From Cetorhinus maximus (lineage: Eukaryota), in assembly GCF_964194155.1 (NCBI RefSeq), contig NC_135901.1:16740001-16804000 (forward strand): a DNA stretch of 64,000 nt. Direction: 5' to 3'. Below, piece by piece: positions 50,551 to 62,224 of this stretch. Every line of letters starts with the position of its first letter. Position 1 is the first letter of the stretch. Both the position numbers and the translations under genes were made by a program. The notes below the pieces were generated by a model. It had not been told where the DNA came from. It worked only from the letters and a program-made list of their open reading frames with translations, and searched no databases.

Positions 50551-51034
50551 CTGAAGAAAACTGGTCCAGTTCTGGACATTTCCCATGACACTACTTATGT
50601 CTAAGATTGAGCTGACATCAAACCTTTCCATTGGGATTGCATAATCTGCTGATGTCATCGCATTCTATTGTGATGATGTCATAAGATTACATCAGCATTT
50701 TTCTGATTATATAATCAGCTAACACCAGACTATATACTTTATTGGGAGTGTGGGATTAGCTGATGCCTGTACAATCCTTTACCTTTACGCAGTAAGCAGA
50801 AACGATCGTTTGTGTGATTTCATAAATAAAATTTTTAACTACATGTACATAACTTATTTTTGAATCCGGAAATGGTCCGGATCGTGAACATTTACCACTA
50901 AAATTAACCAATTTGCTAGCGCAAGCGTATGTGACTTTTCAGCCAATTTGTTGTTCTTGTTTACAATAAATTGTTGGGGAGAAAAAAATGTTATTTCAAC
51001 CAATCTCCCAATGTTATCAAATCCTTTTAAACAT

Positions 51035-51400
51035 TTGAATATTGCTGAAAAAAGAGACATGCTGTCAAAGCTTTTCTTCTTGCACTCATTAGGATAGATG
51101 CAAGAATACCAAATGTCAAAGTGAACAACAGTTTATACTGTCTGAGAAACAGGGTGCTGATTGGTTGTCAAATGGACCCTGGCTGGTTGAGGCATTGCCA
51201 TGTAGAATGCACCAGGGAACAGTTACCCAAAGCTTTTGTTCAAATTCAGAAATGGCAAGTCGACTCTGATTGGTTGAGATGCTGCCATGGGGAATGCATC
51301 AGGGAACAATTGTCCCCCAAGCTCCTGTTTAATTAAAAAGGCAAAATGCTTGGACAAATTCCTTTTGTGTGCAGAAAACAGGGCCCAGTATTTGAATATG
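51035..51400 (-). mobile_element. Penelope-like pLTR with internal duplication
   Basis: Homologous to 30205-30570. Confidence 0.65.
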
Positions 51401-52194
51401 AAAAATCCAGTGCCTGGATCCAGTTTGCACGTTCACTACATCTAATCATTTCTTCCTTTGACCATACTCTATTTGTGTACCACGTTTTGTTCAAATCCAT
51501 CCATTAGTTTTTAAGATATATTGTTACAGACAGACAGACAAACAAACAGGGATGAAAACATTCTCTGTAAGGACAAAGCTGAAAAAAATAAACGTTTTTA
51601 TTAAGACCAAGGAAGCCTTAGGCTAATCCACAGCTAACAACCTGCTCTGAAAACTCTGCTGATATTTTGACAGCTGTGATAAATTCCACCCCAGCAGCGG
51701 AGACAATCCACAACATTCCAAAGCAATCGCCATTCGAAATAAAACAAACCACAACAATTGAAAAGAAAAAGTCAATTCTCCTGATCTCCCAATGTGAACG
51801 GATCGTTCAAAAAAATTCCAGGATCTGGAACTGCACCAAAGATAGGACAGTTCTTGCATGGTCGGTGGACCAAGTTTCGGTAATTCCATCCATTAATTTG
51901 TGAGATCAATTGTTTACAGACAAACATCTTCAATGGCAGAGATACTTTCAGTACATTGACCAGCCCCAAAATCTATTCTCTGCCAGCATTTCACAGGGGG
52001 AAAGGGGTGGATTCTCAGACAAGCAAGATAAGGCATCCCCTTTAAATAGCCAGTTCCCACAGTGTATTCAGTGGCCTTTGGACGGAAGCAGATTGGTCGA
52101 CACTGGGAGTTCTTGCACTGCCCCTCCCCCCCACCCTCAGGTCAGCTGGCTCCTGCTCCTGCTGGACAATCTGCCGGTAAGAATAGGAGCGTGT

Positions 52195-52665
52195 TGATTT
52201 AAAAATAAACTTGCATTTATATAGCACCTTCCACCACCTCAGGGAGTCTCAAAGTGTTCCACTGCCAATGAAACACTTTCTGAAATGTGGTCACAATGTA
52301 GGAAACGTGGCAACCAATTTGTGCACAGCAAGCTCCCACAGACGGCAATGGCCAGAGTGTCTGTTTTCACTGATGTTGATTGAGGGAAAAATATCAGGCA
52401 CCAGGACACCAGGGGAGATCTCCTCCCCCTCCTGCTCTCCTTCCAATTGTGGCCATTAAATCTTTTACATACACCTGAGAGGGCAGACGGGGCTCTCGGG
52501 TTAATGTCTCACTGGAAAGACGGTCCCTCCGACAGGACAGCTGTCCCTCATAATTGGCACCGGAGGTGTCAGCCGTGGATTCTGGGGGCTTGAGTCTCTG
52601 GGTTGAGGATTCGAATGCAGCACCTCCTGAGTTAGAGGTAAGAGTGCGACCCACTGTCATGCTGT
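52195..52665 (-). mobile_element. Near full-length Deu-domain-type SINE
   Basis: L2-like tail, core cacctgagagggcagacggggc, tRNA-like head. Confidence 0.7.
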
Positions 52666-53006
52666 GTTGAATAAAATCATCTAGCTGGTGTTCTAGAGTG
52701 ATGGAATGGTTACAACGCTGAAGGAGGCCATTCAGCCCATTGTGTCTGTGCCAGCCCTCTGCAAGAGCAGTGAACATAGTGTCATTTCGCTACCTTTTCC
52801 ACATAACCCTGTCAATTTTTCCCCTTCAGATAATGATCCAATTTTCTTTTGAAACCCATGACTGAATCTTCCTCCAAGCCCCTTCATCCCTGGCACCATT
52901 CTAGTACATCTCCAATCCTCCCACTTCACCAACTGTCAAGAATGAACATGGTTCAGTCCTGGATGTGATTAACAGCAGCAATAACGGCAAAATCCAACCC
53001 CTGTAA

Positions 53007-53849
53007 TTACTTGTGAACTCTCCGGTGTCTCAGCAGACTGGATAACTGACTGAAACCCTTCCCACACATAGAGCAGGTGAATGGCCTCTCACCAGTGTGA
53101 ATTCGCTGGTGTCTCAGCAGGGTGGACGAATCTCTGAATCCCTTCCCACATTCAGAGCAGATGGACGGTCTCTCCCTGGTATGAACTCGCTGTTGCATCA
53201 CCAGGTTGCATGACTGAATGAATCCTTTCCCGCATCCAGAGCAGGTGAATGGCCTCTTCCCATTGTGAACATGTTGGTGTGTCTGCAGGTGGGATAATTG
53301 AGTGAATCCTTTCCCACACTCGGAGCAGATGAAAGGCCTCTCCCCGGTGTGAACTCGCTGGTGCGTCAGCAGGTTGGATGACTGAGGGAATCCCTTCCCA
53401 CATGTAGAGCAGATAAAGGGCTTCTCCCCGGTGTGAACCCGCTGGTGTGTCAGGAGGGCAGATGAATCGCTGAATCTCTTCCCACACTCAGAGCAGGTGA
53501 ATGGCCTCTCCCTGGTGTGAACTCGCTGGTGCATCAGCAGGTTGGATGACTGAGTAAATCCCTTCCCACACTCAGAGCAGATAAATGGCCTCTCCCCAGT
53601 GTGAACTCGCTTGTGTGTCAGCAGGTGAGATGAATTACTGAATCCCTTCCCACATTCAGAGCAGATGAATGGCCTCTCCCCGGAGTGAACTCGCTGGTGT
53701 TTCAGCAGGGTGGATGACTGAGTGAATGCTTTCCCACACTCAGAGCAGGTGAAAGGCCTCTCCCCAGTGTGAATGCGTTGATGAGTTTCCAGCGCAGATG
53801 GGGTGCAGAATCCCTTCCCACAGTCACCACATTTGTACGGTTTCTCCAT
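53007..53849 (-). CDS. C2H2 zinc-finger protein, 10 fingers (one lacking the first His), subfamily A (gene 7)
   Basis: 280-aa ORF; acceptor at 54219-54220; donor GTGAGT at 55192-55197 (minus). Confidence 0.9.
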   Translation of the reverse strand: MEKPYKCGDCGKGFCTPSALETHQRIHTGERPFTCSECGKAFTQSSTLLKHQRVHSGERPFICSECGKGFSNSSHLLTHKRVHTGERPFICSECGKGFTQSSNLLMHQRVHTRERPFTCSECGKRFSDSSALLTHQRVHTGEKPFICSTCGKGFPQSSNLLTHQRVHTGERPFICSECGKGFTQLSHLQTHQHVHNGKRPFTCSGCGKGFIQSCNLVMQQRVHTRERPSICSECGKGFRDSSTLLRHQRIHTGERPFTCSMCGKGFSQLSSLLRHRRVHK

Positions 53850-55329
53850 GGTGCAGGTGTCCTTGTGTCCCTCCAGGTTAACTGCTCAGTTGAAACCTTG
53901 TCTTCACACAGAACATGTGTACAATCTCTCCCCGCTGTGAATGGCGTAATGTTGTTTCAGACTGTATAACTGGTTAAAGCTCTTTTCACAGTCAGTTCAC
54001 TGGAGCATTCTCACTCAGTTGTCTGTGTCTCATTGCTTTTCCAGTCACACTGATGCTTGAAATGTTTTCCCACAGACAGAACAGGGGAACATTTCTCCTT
54101 CCATATTCCACATTCAAAGGGCTGATGATATTCAGGTTCTGATGAATCCAGTAACTCTGTCAGATCTTGACGCGATATTTGGTTTGTGTTTCCCAGATAC
54201 AAGTCCTCTCCTAATATCCTGTAAAAGAAGTTTACAAAAGTCATCATTGTCAGTGCAGGATAAAAATTCACAACACATAACTCTAGTTTCTACGGAACAT
54301 TCTTTCTCTCGTATTCCCCAGAAGCAGTAACTCTCTGTGCCTCCATTCTCACTGTGCTGTACCTCCCAAATCTCCTGAAGGTGCCATTTCATGCTGATCA
54401 GCAGATCCATGTGCACTGCTTCCTGTCCAGGGCACAGGGGCCTTGGAAATCATTATGCAGGCTATATATATATGTATACATTACTGGATTTAAAATGTGC
54501 ATAATATACACTGCACTACTTGATTAAAGATACAGAGAGGATGCAAGGAAGAGCTTTATTTAGGAGCGAGTGTGCATGACCTGGAACTCTCTGCCTGCAA
54601 GGCTGGAGGAACTCGCGATGATCAGTGATTTCAAAATGAAATTGGTGGACACTTGAAGGAAATAAACTTGTAGGAGAACGGGGCATAGAGGGAGAATGGG
54701 ATGGATAGCTCTACAGAGAGTCGGCATGGACTTGAGTTGCTGAATGCATTCCTGTGCTGTAATGACTCGATGACGGGAAATATATAACGGTAGCTAGAGT
54801 ACTATATTACAAGACTAGACATATTTATAAATGAAAGTTATTATTGGTCAACAAAAAATATATCAAATATTTACCATATAAAAACATTCGACATATCTCT
54901 GCCCTATATTAGTTTACTGCCACCTTAAATGTCAGGCATCTCCTGGGGAATCCGCCTATTTTATTGGAAATACTAGGAAAGAGGCTATCCTTTTAGCCAG
55001 ACAAATAAATGTGTCAAGCTGAGGGAGTAAAGTATGTCATTGTCTTTAAGAGAGAGCGAGAGAGAAGGACAGACCTGGGCCAACCTTTCCAGAGTCTGCA
55101 CCCTCTTCCTTTCCCTTCAGTTTCTGCAGGTCAACAATTTAAACCCAGAATTAGAAAAGAAATGGAAAGGGGGAGAAAAAGAAAGTGTTTTACTCACAGG
55201 TATTTGACATGGGACTGGGGAGAAAGTTTTCGTGTGTGAGAAGCTAAATCCTCATTCAGAGAGAGAAGCAGCATCAGCAGCTTTGCTGGGCAGTAATGGA
55301 CAGGTTTAAAAGCTCGAGGGATCCATTGT

Positions 55330-55970
55330 CCAACATGCGCATTCAAACAATGGGGGAAGTTCCGTGTCCTCATTGCGACAGTGGCCGCGCTCTGATTGGT
55401 TGGAGGACCATCCACCTTCCGGTCGTCCAGCTCCTCCCATTGGTTAACCTCGGTCCGACCACAATGAGGGAGAGTAACCCGAGCGCGTGTTCGGTGGAGA
55501 GAGTTTGACCATCAAGTCCAGTGCTCTCAATGTGAACTGGGAACGCTCCTCTGAATCATTGTGACGCCTGAATCAGCCAATAGGACTGACTGTGCTCCGC
55601 GGTGACGTCCTCGGGTTCCAGTTTGCGGACCAGGCGCGCGGACACGGGAGCCCCACCCCCACCCATTGTTCCCCCTCCCCCACCCATTGTTCCCCCTCCC
55701 CCACCCATTGTTCCCCCTCCCCCACCCATTGTTCCCCCTCCCCCTGCACTTCCTCGAGCCAAAGTTTCCAGGCAACCGGCTGACGGCTCCGGCCAGAGCG
55801 AGAAGCCGCTCAGCGAATTCCCCCTCCCCCCCTCTGTCTACGGCGACCGGCTGGTCCAAAAAGAGATCGAGAGCGACCGCTGACGGCAGCCGCACTGCGC
55901 CTGCTTCGGACAGAAAACGCTTTCTGCGCCTGCGTGCTGGGCTGCCGGCTATGGGGGTGCGGGAGGGGAC
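55330..55970. promoter_or_regulatory. Bidirectional CpG-island promoter between divergent genes 7 and 8
   Basis: CpG-rich; CCAAT boxes, TGACGTC, NRF1-type TGCGCCTGC; flanked by homologous outward-facing GTGAGT donors. Confidence 0.75.
55655..55745 (+). repeat. 21-bp C-rich tandem repeat, ~4 copies
   Basis: Unit CCCACCCATTGTTCCCCCTCC. Confidence 0.9.
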
Positions 55971-57445
55971 TGTGTAAAATGTCTTCTCATTTTCTTCCAA
56001 TGCAATTTGACTTTAAACGGCACAGCATTTGTTTTTAGGTTCATAAACATTAAAACTTCTTCCTCGGTCCAACATCTGTGAGTAAATCACTTTCTTTCCT
56101 TCCCCTGGGAAATACAGAGAGTTGCGGGAATCTGTAACTGGAATTAGTGCCAAATATGCTGAGGGGGGAAATGCTGGTGATTTTGTGGACCAGGCTGATG
56201 CTCCAGCTGTTTAAAGTCATATTTATCCGGTCTATTGAAATGCCATTTGTCTGTTAATGCAGGCTTCATTTATGTTGAATTTAGTTTGATTGTTACCGGA
56301 ATCGTTTTTAAAAAATAAAACCTTGTCCTTCTGTTTATTCCGTTGGGGTTGTCTGGGAATTTGTTTATTTTAAGGTTATTGGTTTCCACAGGGATCGTAA
56401 CAACAGAGAAATGTCTAGTTATTTATTATTCTGTATTAAAGTTCATTTATTATTATTTCTAGTCCTGTAATAATACTGTAGCTGCATTATATATTTCCAG
56501 TCATAAACGCATTACAGCACAGATGGTGTCCAATTGGAAACTCAGATCCATGCTGACATTCTGTAGAGTAATCCAGTCGATCCCATTCTCCATCTGTATC
56601 CTCGTTCCCCTGAAAGTTTTTCTTTCAACTCCCTATCCAATTTCATTTTGAAACCATTGATCATCTCCGGTTCTGCCATCCTCATAGGCATCGAATTCCA
56701 GGCCATGACTACTTGCTGTCTAAATAAAGTTCTTCCTCATATCCCCTCTGTATCGCTATTCAAGTATTACAATCTTTTTGGCTCCTTCAGGAGAATTGGG
56801 AATGTATAAATGAGATATAACAGAGTGAGAATGAAGGGAGTAAAAACAGAAAATGGTGCAAAAAACTCAGCAGGTCTGGCAGCATATGTGGAGCAAGAAA
56901 CAGAGCTAACATTTTGAATCTGTCTGAACATTCCTGAGAGCTCAAAATGCAGGGAGCATGTTGGGGATGGAGATTTACAGCCTTTGGGGAATGAGAGGGG
57001 AAAGAATGTTCCATAGAAACTAGAATTGTCTTCTGAATTTCTATCGCAGACTTTCTGTGATGACTTTTGTGAACTCCTTTTACAGGACATTAGAAGGGGA
57101 TGATTTGCAGTCAGAAAACTCAAACCAAAGGTCACATCAAGATCTGGCAGAGCCACTCGATTCATCGGGATCGGTATATCAGCAGCCTTTGAATCTAGAA
57201 GAAATATTTGTCTGTTATGTCTGCTTCAAAATATTTGAAACATCAGTGTGACTGGAAAAGCACCGATTCTCACACACCCGAGTAAGTGTATTCCAATGCA
57301 CTGGCTTTGGAAAGAGCTATGAACTGTTATACAGTCTGAAGAAACATTTCAGCTTTCACAGCCAGGGAGACCGTACACAGGTTCTGTGTGTGAACGAGGC
57401 TTCAACTGATTGTCAAACCTGGAGAGACACAAGGGCACTCGCACC

Positions 57446-58120
57446 ATGGAGAAACCATGGAAATGTAGGGATTGTGGGAAGGGATTCCGATGCCCGTCTG
57501 CACTGGAAATTCATCAACGCAGTCACACTGGGGAGAGGCCATTCACCTGCTCTGAGTGTGGGAAGGCATTCAGTGGTTCATGGCAGCTGCACGCACACCA
57601 GCGAGTTCATGCAGTGGAGAGGCCATTCACCTGCTCTCAGTGTGGCAAGGGATTCAGTGATTCATCAACCCTGCTGAGACACCAGCGAGTTCACACTGGA
57701 GAGAGGCCGTTCACCTGCTCTGAGTGTGGGAAGGGATTAACCCAGTTATCCAACCTGCTAACACACCAGGAAATTCACACCGGGGAGAGGCCATTCACCT
57801 GCTCTCATTGTGGGAAAGGATTCACTCGGTTATTCAACTTGCAGACACATCAGCGAGTCCACACCGGGGAGAGGCCGTTCACCTGCTCTGTGTGTGGGAA
57901 GGGTTTCACCCAGTCATCCAACCTGCTGCTACACCAGCAACTTCACACTGGGGAGAGGTCATTCCCCTGCTCTCAGTGTGGGAAGGGATTCACTCGATTA
58001 TCCAGCTTACAGAGGCACCAGCGAGTTCACACCGGGGAGAGGCCATTCATGTGCTCTGTGTGTGGGAAGGGATTCACTCAGTCATCCCACCTGCAGACAC
58101 ACCAGCGTGTTCACAAGTGA
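57446..58120 (+). CDS. C2H2 zinc-finger protein, 8 fingers, subfamily A (gene 8)
   Basis: cgcaccATGG at 57446; acceptor at 57084-57085; donor GTGAGT at 56078. Confidence 0.9.
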   Translation: MEKPWKCRDCGKGFRCPSALEIHQRSHTGERPFTCSECGKAFSGSWQLHAHQRVHAVERPFTCSQCGKGFSDSSTLLRHQRVHTGERPFTCSECGKGLTQLSNLLTHQEIHTGERPFTCSHCGKGFTRLFNLQTHQRVHTGERPFTCSVCGKGFTQSSNLLLHQQLHTGERSFPCSQCGKGFTRLSSLQRHQRVHTGERPFMCSVCGKGFTQSSHLQTHQRVHK

Positions 58121-58197
58121 TCACAGAGATTGGATTCTGCTCTTATTGCTGCTGTTAATCACATCCAGGACTGAACCATGTTCATCCTGACAGTTGG

Positions 58198-58338
58198 AGG
58201 TGTCAGCTGTGGCTCAGTTCATAGCACCCTCGCCTTTGAATCAGAGGGTTGTGGGTTCATGTCCCACTCCTGGAAACCAAGAACTGTGATTGTACTTGAA
58301 AGAGTTGCAATCTGTGACTGTTGATAACTCGAAAGAGT
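58198..58338 (+). mobile_element. SINE head insertion in the gene 8 3'UTR with 17-bp direct repeats
   Basis: TTCATCCTGACAGTTGG at 58181-58197 and 58339-58355. Confidence 0.75.
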
Positions 58339-58759
58339 TTCATCCTGACAGTTGGTGAAGTGGGAGGATCCCTTTCTGCTGGACTGGCCGGTCTCATACC
58401 TTTGTTTCCAGTGAGCTGATGCTCTTTGAGGCTTGTTGCGAGTATCCATTGCACATTTCATATGGATCATAAAATAAAATGCTGTAGAGATGGAAAAAGA
58501 TATTCATGCATTTCTGTTTGGAATCTCCTAAAGCATGCCATGTTGCCATGGAGATGGGCTGTTGGAGTTAGAAGGTTCTTTTGTTTGATTTATCTGGGTG
58601 TTTCCCACAGAAGGCAGTTGCACATCTGGGCTTGTGTAGTTTGCAGCTCACTTGGAGTTGGTGAGGGAAAAGAAGCTGGAAGATTTGCCTGGCTTGGAGC
58701 TAGAGGATGAAATCTACAGTGGCCCTCCCAGTGAAAGGCCTTGTGGTAGAAAGCAGTTA

Positions 58760-59465
58760 ATCATATGAATTAGGAGCAGGTATAGGCCATTCAGGCCTGT
58801 GAGCCTGCTCGGCCATGTGATAAGATCATAGCTGATCTAATTGAGGCCCCAACTCTACTTTCCTGTCTACCCCCATAATCTTTGACTCCCTGTCAATCAA
58901 GAATTAACTCAACCTCAAAATTATTCAATAGCCTCCACTGCTTTCTGGTGAAGAGAATTCCACAATTGACGACCCTGTGAGAGGACAAATTTCTCATCTC
59001 TGTCTCAAATGGGAGACCCCTTATTTTTAAACAACGGCCCCGATTTGTCGTCTCTCCCATAAGGAGAAACATGTTCAGCCTCCGAAGTGGCCAGGAGGCA
59101 CAGATTTGTTTCAGAGCAAAAGGAGGCCATTCAGCCCATCGTGACTGCACCTGCTTTTTGAATGGTCATTTGATTTAGAGCCGTTCTCCCGCCTTCTACT
59201 TATAACCGTGCACGTTCTTCCTTTTCCGGTAACAATCTAATTCCCTTCTGAATGCTTCAATTGAACCTGCCTCCACCACACTCCCAGGCAGTGCATTCCA
59301 GACCTTAACCACTCGCTGCGTGAAGAAGGTTTTCCTCGTGTCACTTTTGCTTCTTTTACCAACTACTTTAAATCTGTGCCCTATCGTTTTTGATCCTTTC
59401 AGAAGGGGGAGCTCATCTCATTCTCCCCATCAACCCTGTCCAGACCCCTCATGATTTTGAATACA
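58760..59465 (-). mobile_element. Two CR1 3' fragments
   Basis: CR1 3'UTR motifs ggccattcagccc and ORF2 C-terminus. Confidence 0.7.
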
Positions 59466-59474
59466 CTTCAAGCC

Positions 59475-59790
59475 CACTGAAACACCAGTTCTTCACACTG
59501 GGGAGAGGCCATTCACCTGCTCTGAGTGTGGGAAGGGATTCACTCGTCATCCCACCTACTGGCACACCAGGGAATTCACAAGTAACTATCGTGATTGGAT
59601 TTTGCTGTTAATCACAAACAGAACTGAACTATGTTCATTGGGGTCTGTTTCTGCTGATGTTAATAAACTCCAGCCCAGTTATAGGGCATAGTATTGTGGA
59701 TAAAATTCAAATCAGCAGCTTTGTGTTAAATACAGTGTGTTGAGTCTTTTTAGTATCTCTGAGACAAGTTAGTTCCTTTTGAAGGGCTCT
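59475..59790 (+). pseudogene. 3' remnant of a subfamily B ZNF gene (last finger plus 3'UTR)
   Basis: cacactggggagaggccattcacctgc..., frameshifted, followed by a 3'UTR matching 10820-11000. Confidence 0.8.
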
Positions 59791-61014
59791 CCCTCTCCCC
59801 TGTCTCCTCCATCCTCATTGCCAACAAGTGTGAGAAGCTCATGGAGTTTCTTTGTCACTAAGATTGAAACAATTTGATCAGCTGCCTCTGCTGCCTCCCT
59901 CCCTTCCACTAGATCACCTTTCCAATTAACCTTGAATGTTCCCCCCTCGCCCTGAACGTACATCTTTCTGTAGTTTCTCTCCCATGTCCCCTCGTTCCTT
60001 CTCAGCACTTAGCTTTGCCATGAGACCCATCTCCTGCTACCCCAGCCCTATTTTCACTCATTTGTTGATCTCCAAGCTTCCCATGGTCATTAACATTGTT
60101 AACAGTTCTCTCTCTTCAGGCACTGCTCCTCTCTCCTTCAAATCTGACATTATCACCCCCTCCTCAATAAAATCAACCATTGATCCCACCATCCTTGCAA
60201 ACCACTCCAAGCTCCCTTTCCCCTTCTAAGTCCTGAAATGCGTTGACACCTCCCAAATCCTGCCCATCTTTTTGGAATTCCATTTTTGAATCTGAACATA
60301 TGAAATAGGAGCAGAAGTAGGCCATTTGGCCCCTCGACACACAAGATTTCTGCCTCTGCCACATTATCGAAGTAGCTCTTCTCATCGTCCTAAACTGCAT
60401 CCAATGTAACCAAGGTAAACTCTCCCTCATTGTCCTTTGTCCTTCTTGGCCCATCTACAGTCTTTGACACCATTGACCAAACCATCCATAGCGATGGTGA
60501 ATAAATGCTGGCCTAGCCACATCCCATAAATGAATTAAAACATAAATTCCTTCAATGCCTCTTCACTGTTGTCCAGCTGGGTGGGACTGATCCCTGATTC
60601 CTTTCTTATCAAATTGTAGCAAGAGGATCAGCTGCAGTAGCTGTGATTATTTGAGGTGTTTTTTTACAAACTGACTCACTGGGAAAATGATCATGTGTCA
60701 CTAGACATTAACATAAAAATGTTCCATTATCAGTCTCACATTGACTGTCTCTTACAGACCAAGTCCTTCTAAATATATCACCGCTCCTGGATTAGATCAG
60801 CAGGGAAAAGTGAAGATGGTGTAGTCCACAACCCAATCTAATAGCAGTAAAAATATCTGAAAATTCCCATTAAAATGCAAGGCATTGCAGAGCAACTGTG
60901 TCTTCTGTGACTTATTGAAACAGTCATTACACAGATTGGCCAAAAGCTCCATTATTGCAGGATGCGGATGGTAGAATATGGAGCTTGATCTTTCTTATTT
61001 TTCAACACCGGCAT

Positions 61015-61490
61015 TAGCGGAATCTCACCCCCACTTCCCTAGAATCAAACGAAGATTAAGTGAGTTCGCTCTCTAATGGCGGCCGCAGTACCCACAATAC
61101 CATACGGCTCAGAAATCGCTCCATCTGCCGCGGGTTGGCCGGGTGGATCGCGCATGCTCGGAGGGTCCTGGTCTCTTTGTTTGAGGTTGTTCCCGGAGAG
61201 AAGCCGGAAGTGGCGGATAGTGAGAGTGGAGAATGTTCATTGTTTAATATTCGGCTCTGGGGCCGCACTCGGGATTTGTAAACCCCGCCCCCCTGCCCGG
61301 GGTTTATTCACCTGACAGTTCACGATGCGCGGCTGATTGACGGCGGAGCTAGACCAATAGGAAGAGGGGGCGGGGTTGGAGGCATGAGCACCGACGGCTG
61401 ATCCTCCAACCAATTAGAGTGAATGAGGGGCGGGGCTGAGTCCAGATCAGCCTCATTGGCTGAAACTCTGCATCATTTTTAAATGGGCAA
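61015..61490 (-). promoter_or_regulatory. CpG-island promoter with no intact cognate ZNF exon
   Basis: Inverted copy of the 8400-8560 CCAAT cassette; CCGGAAGT at 61204; gcgcatgc; donor-like gtgagattc at ~61028 (minus). Confidence 0.6.
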
Positions 61491-61524
61491 TGGGAGATGT
61501 CACAGAGCTGGAAGCAGGCAGCCT

Positions 61525-62080
61525 GGAGTATTGTGTGCAGTTTTCGTCTCCTTACCGAAGAAAGGATATACTTGCCACAGAGGAAGTGCCTGCAAAGCTT
61601 CACCAGCCTGATTCCTGGGATGGCAAGATTGTTGTATGAGGAGAGTTTTGGGTCGACTAGGGCTGTATTCACTAGAGTTCAGAAGAATGAGAGGGGACGT
61701 CATTGAAACGTATAAAATTCGGGCAGAAGTGTACAGACTGGATGCAGGGATGATGTTTCCCCTGGCTGGGTTTGGGGGAGTGAGTGGTGGGGGGCGTCTG
61801 GAACAAGGGATCAATCTCAGGATATGGTGCAGGCCATTTAGGACTTAGTTGCGGAGAAATTTCTTTGCTCAGTGCGTGGTGAACCTGTGGAATTGTCTAA
61901 CACAAAAGGCTGTGGAGGCCAAATCGCTGAATAGATTTCTAGACATGAAAGGCATCAAGGGGTTTGGGGAAAGAGGGAGAGTATGATGTTGAGGTAGAGG
62001 GTTAGCCATGATCATTTGAATGGAAGAGCAGGCTCGAGGGGCCAAATGGCCTACTCCTGCTCCTATTTTCTATGTTTCTA
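61525..62080 (+). mobile_element. CR1 3' fragment
   Basis: LGLYSLEFRRMRGDVIETYKI; tail tctatgtttcta. Confidence 0.85.
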
Positions 62081-62224
62081 AGTGTCTATGCCTTGGTAAT
62101 GGAGCCGATGTTGGTCACAAAATCAGTTCAAGGTGAAATCAACATTGAGATGATGAACAATGTGGCTCAGACTCAGGTGGTGGCCAGAATAACAACAGAA
62201 CAATAGAATCCAACCAATACAGTC

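Noticed and set aside
55527-56000. Pro- and Gly-rich ORFs
   Set aside because: Products of the 21-bp repeat and GC-rich promoter, with no domain similarity
5158-58190. Alternative-frame ORFs such as MWEGIH... and GRGRSPA...
   Set aside because: Shadow frames of the repetitive zinc-finger codons
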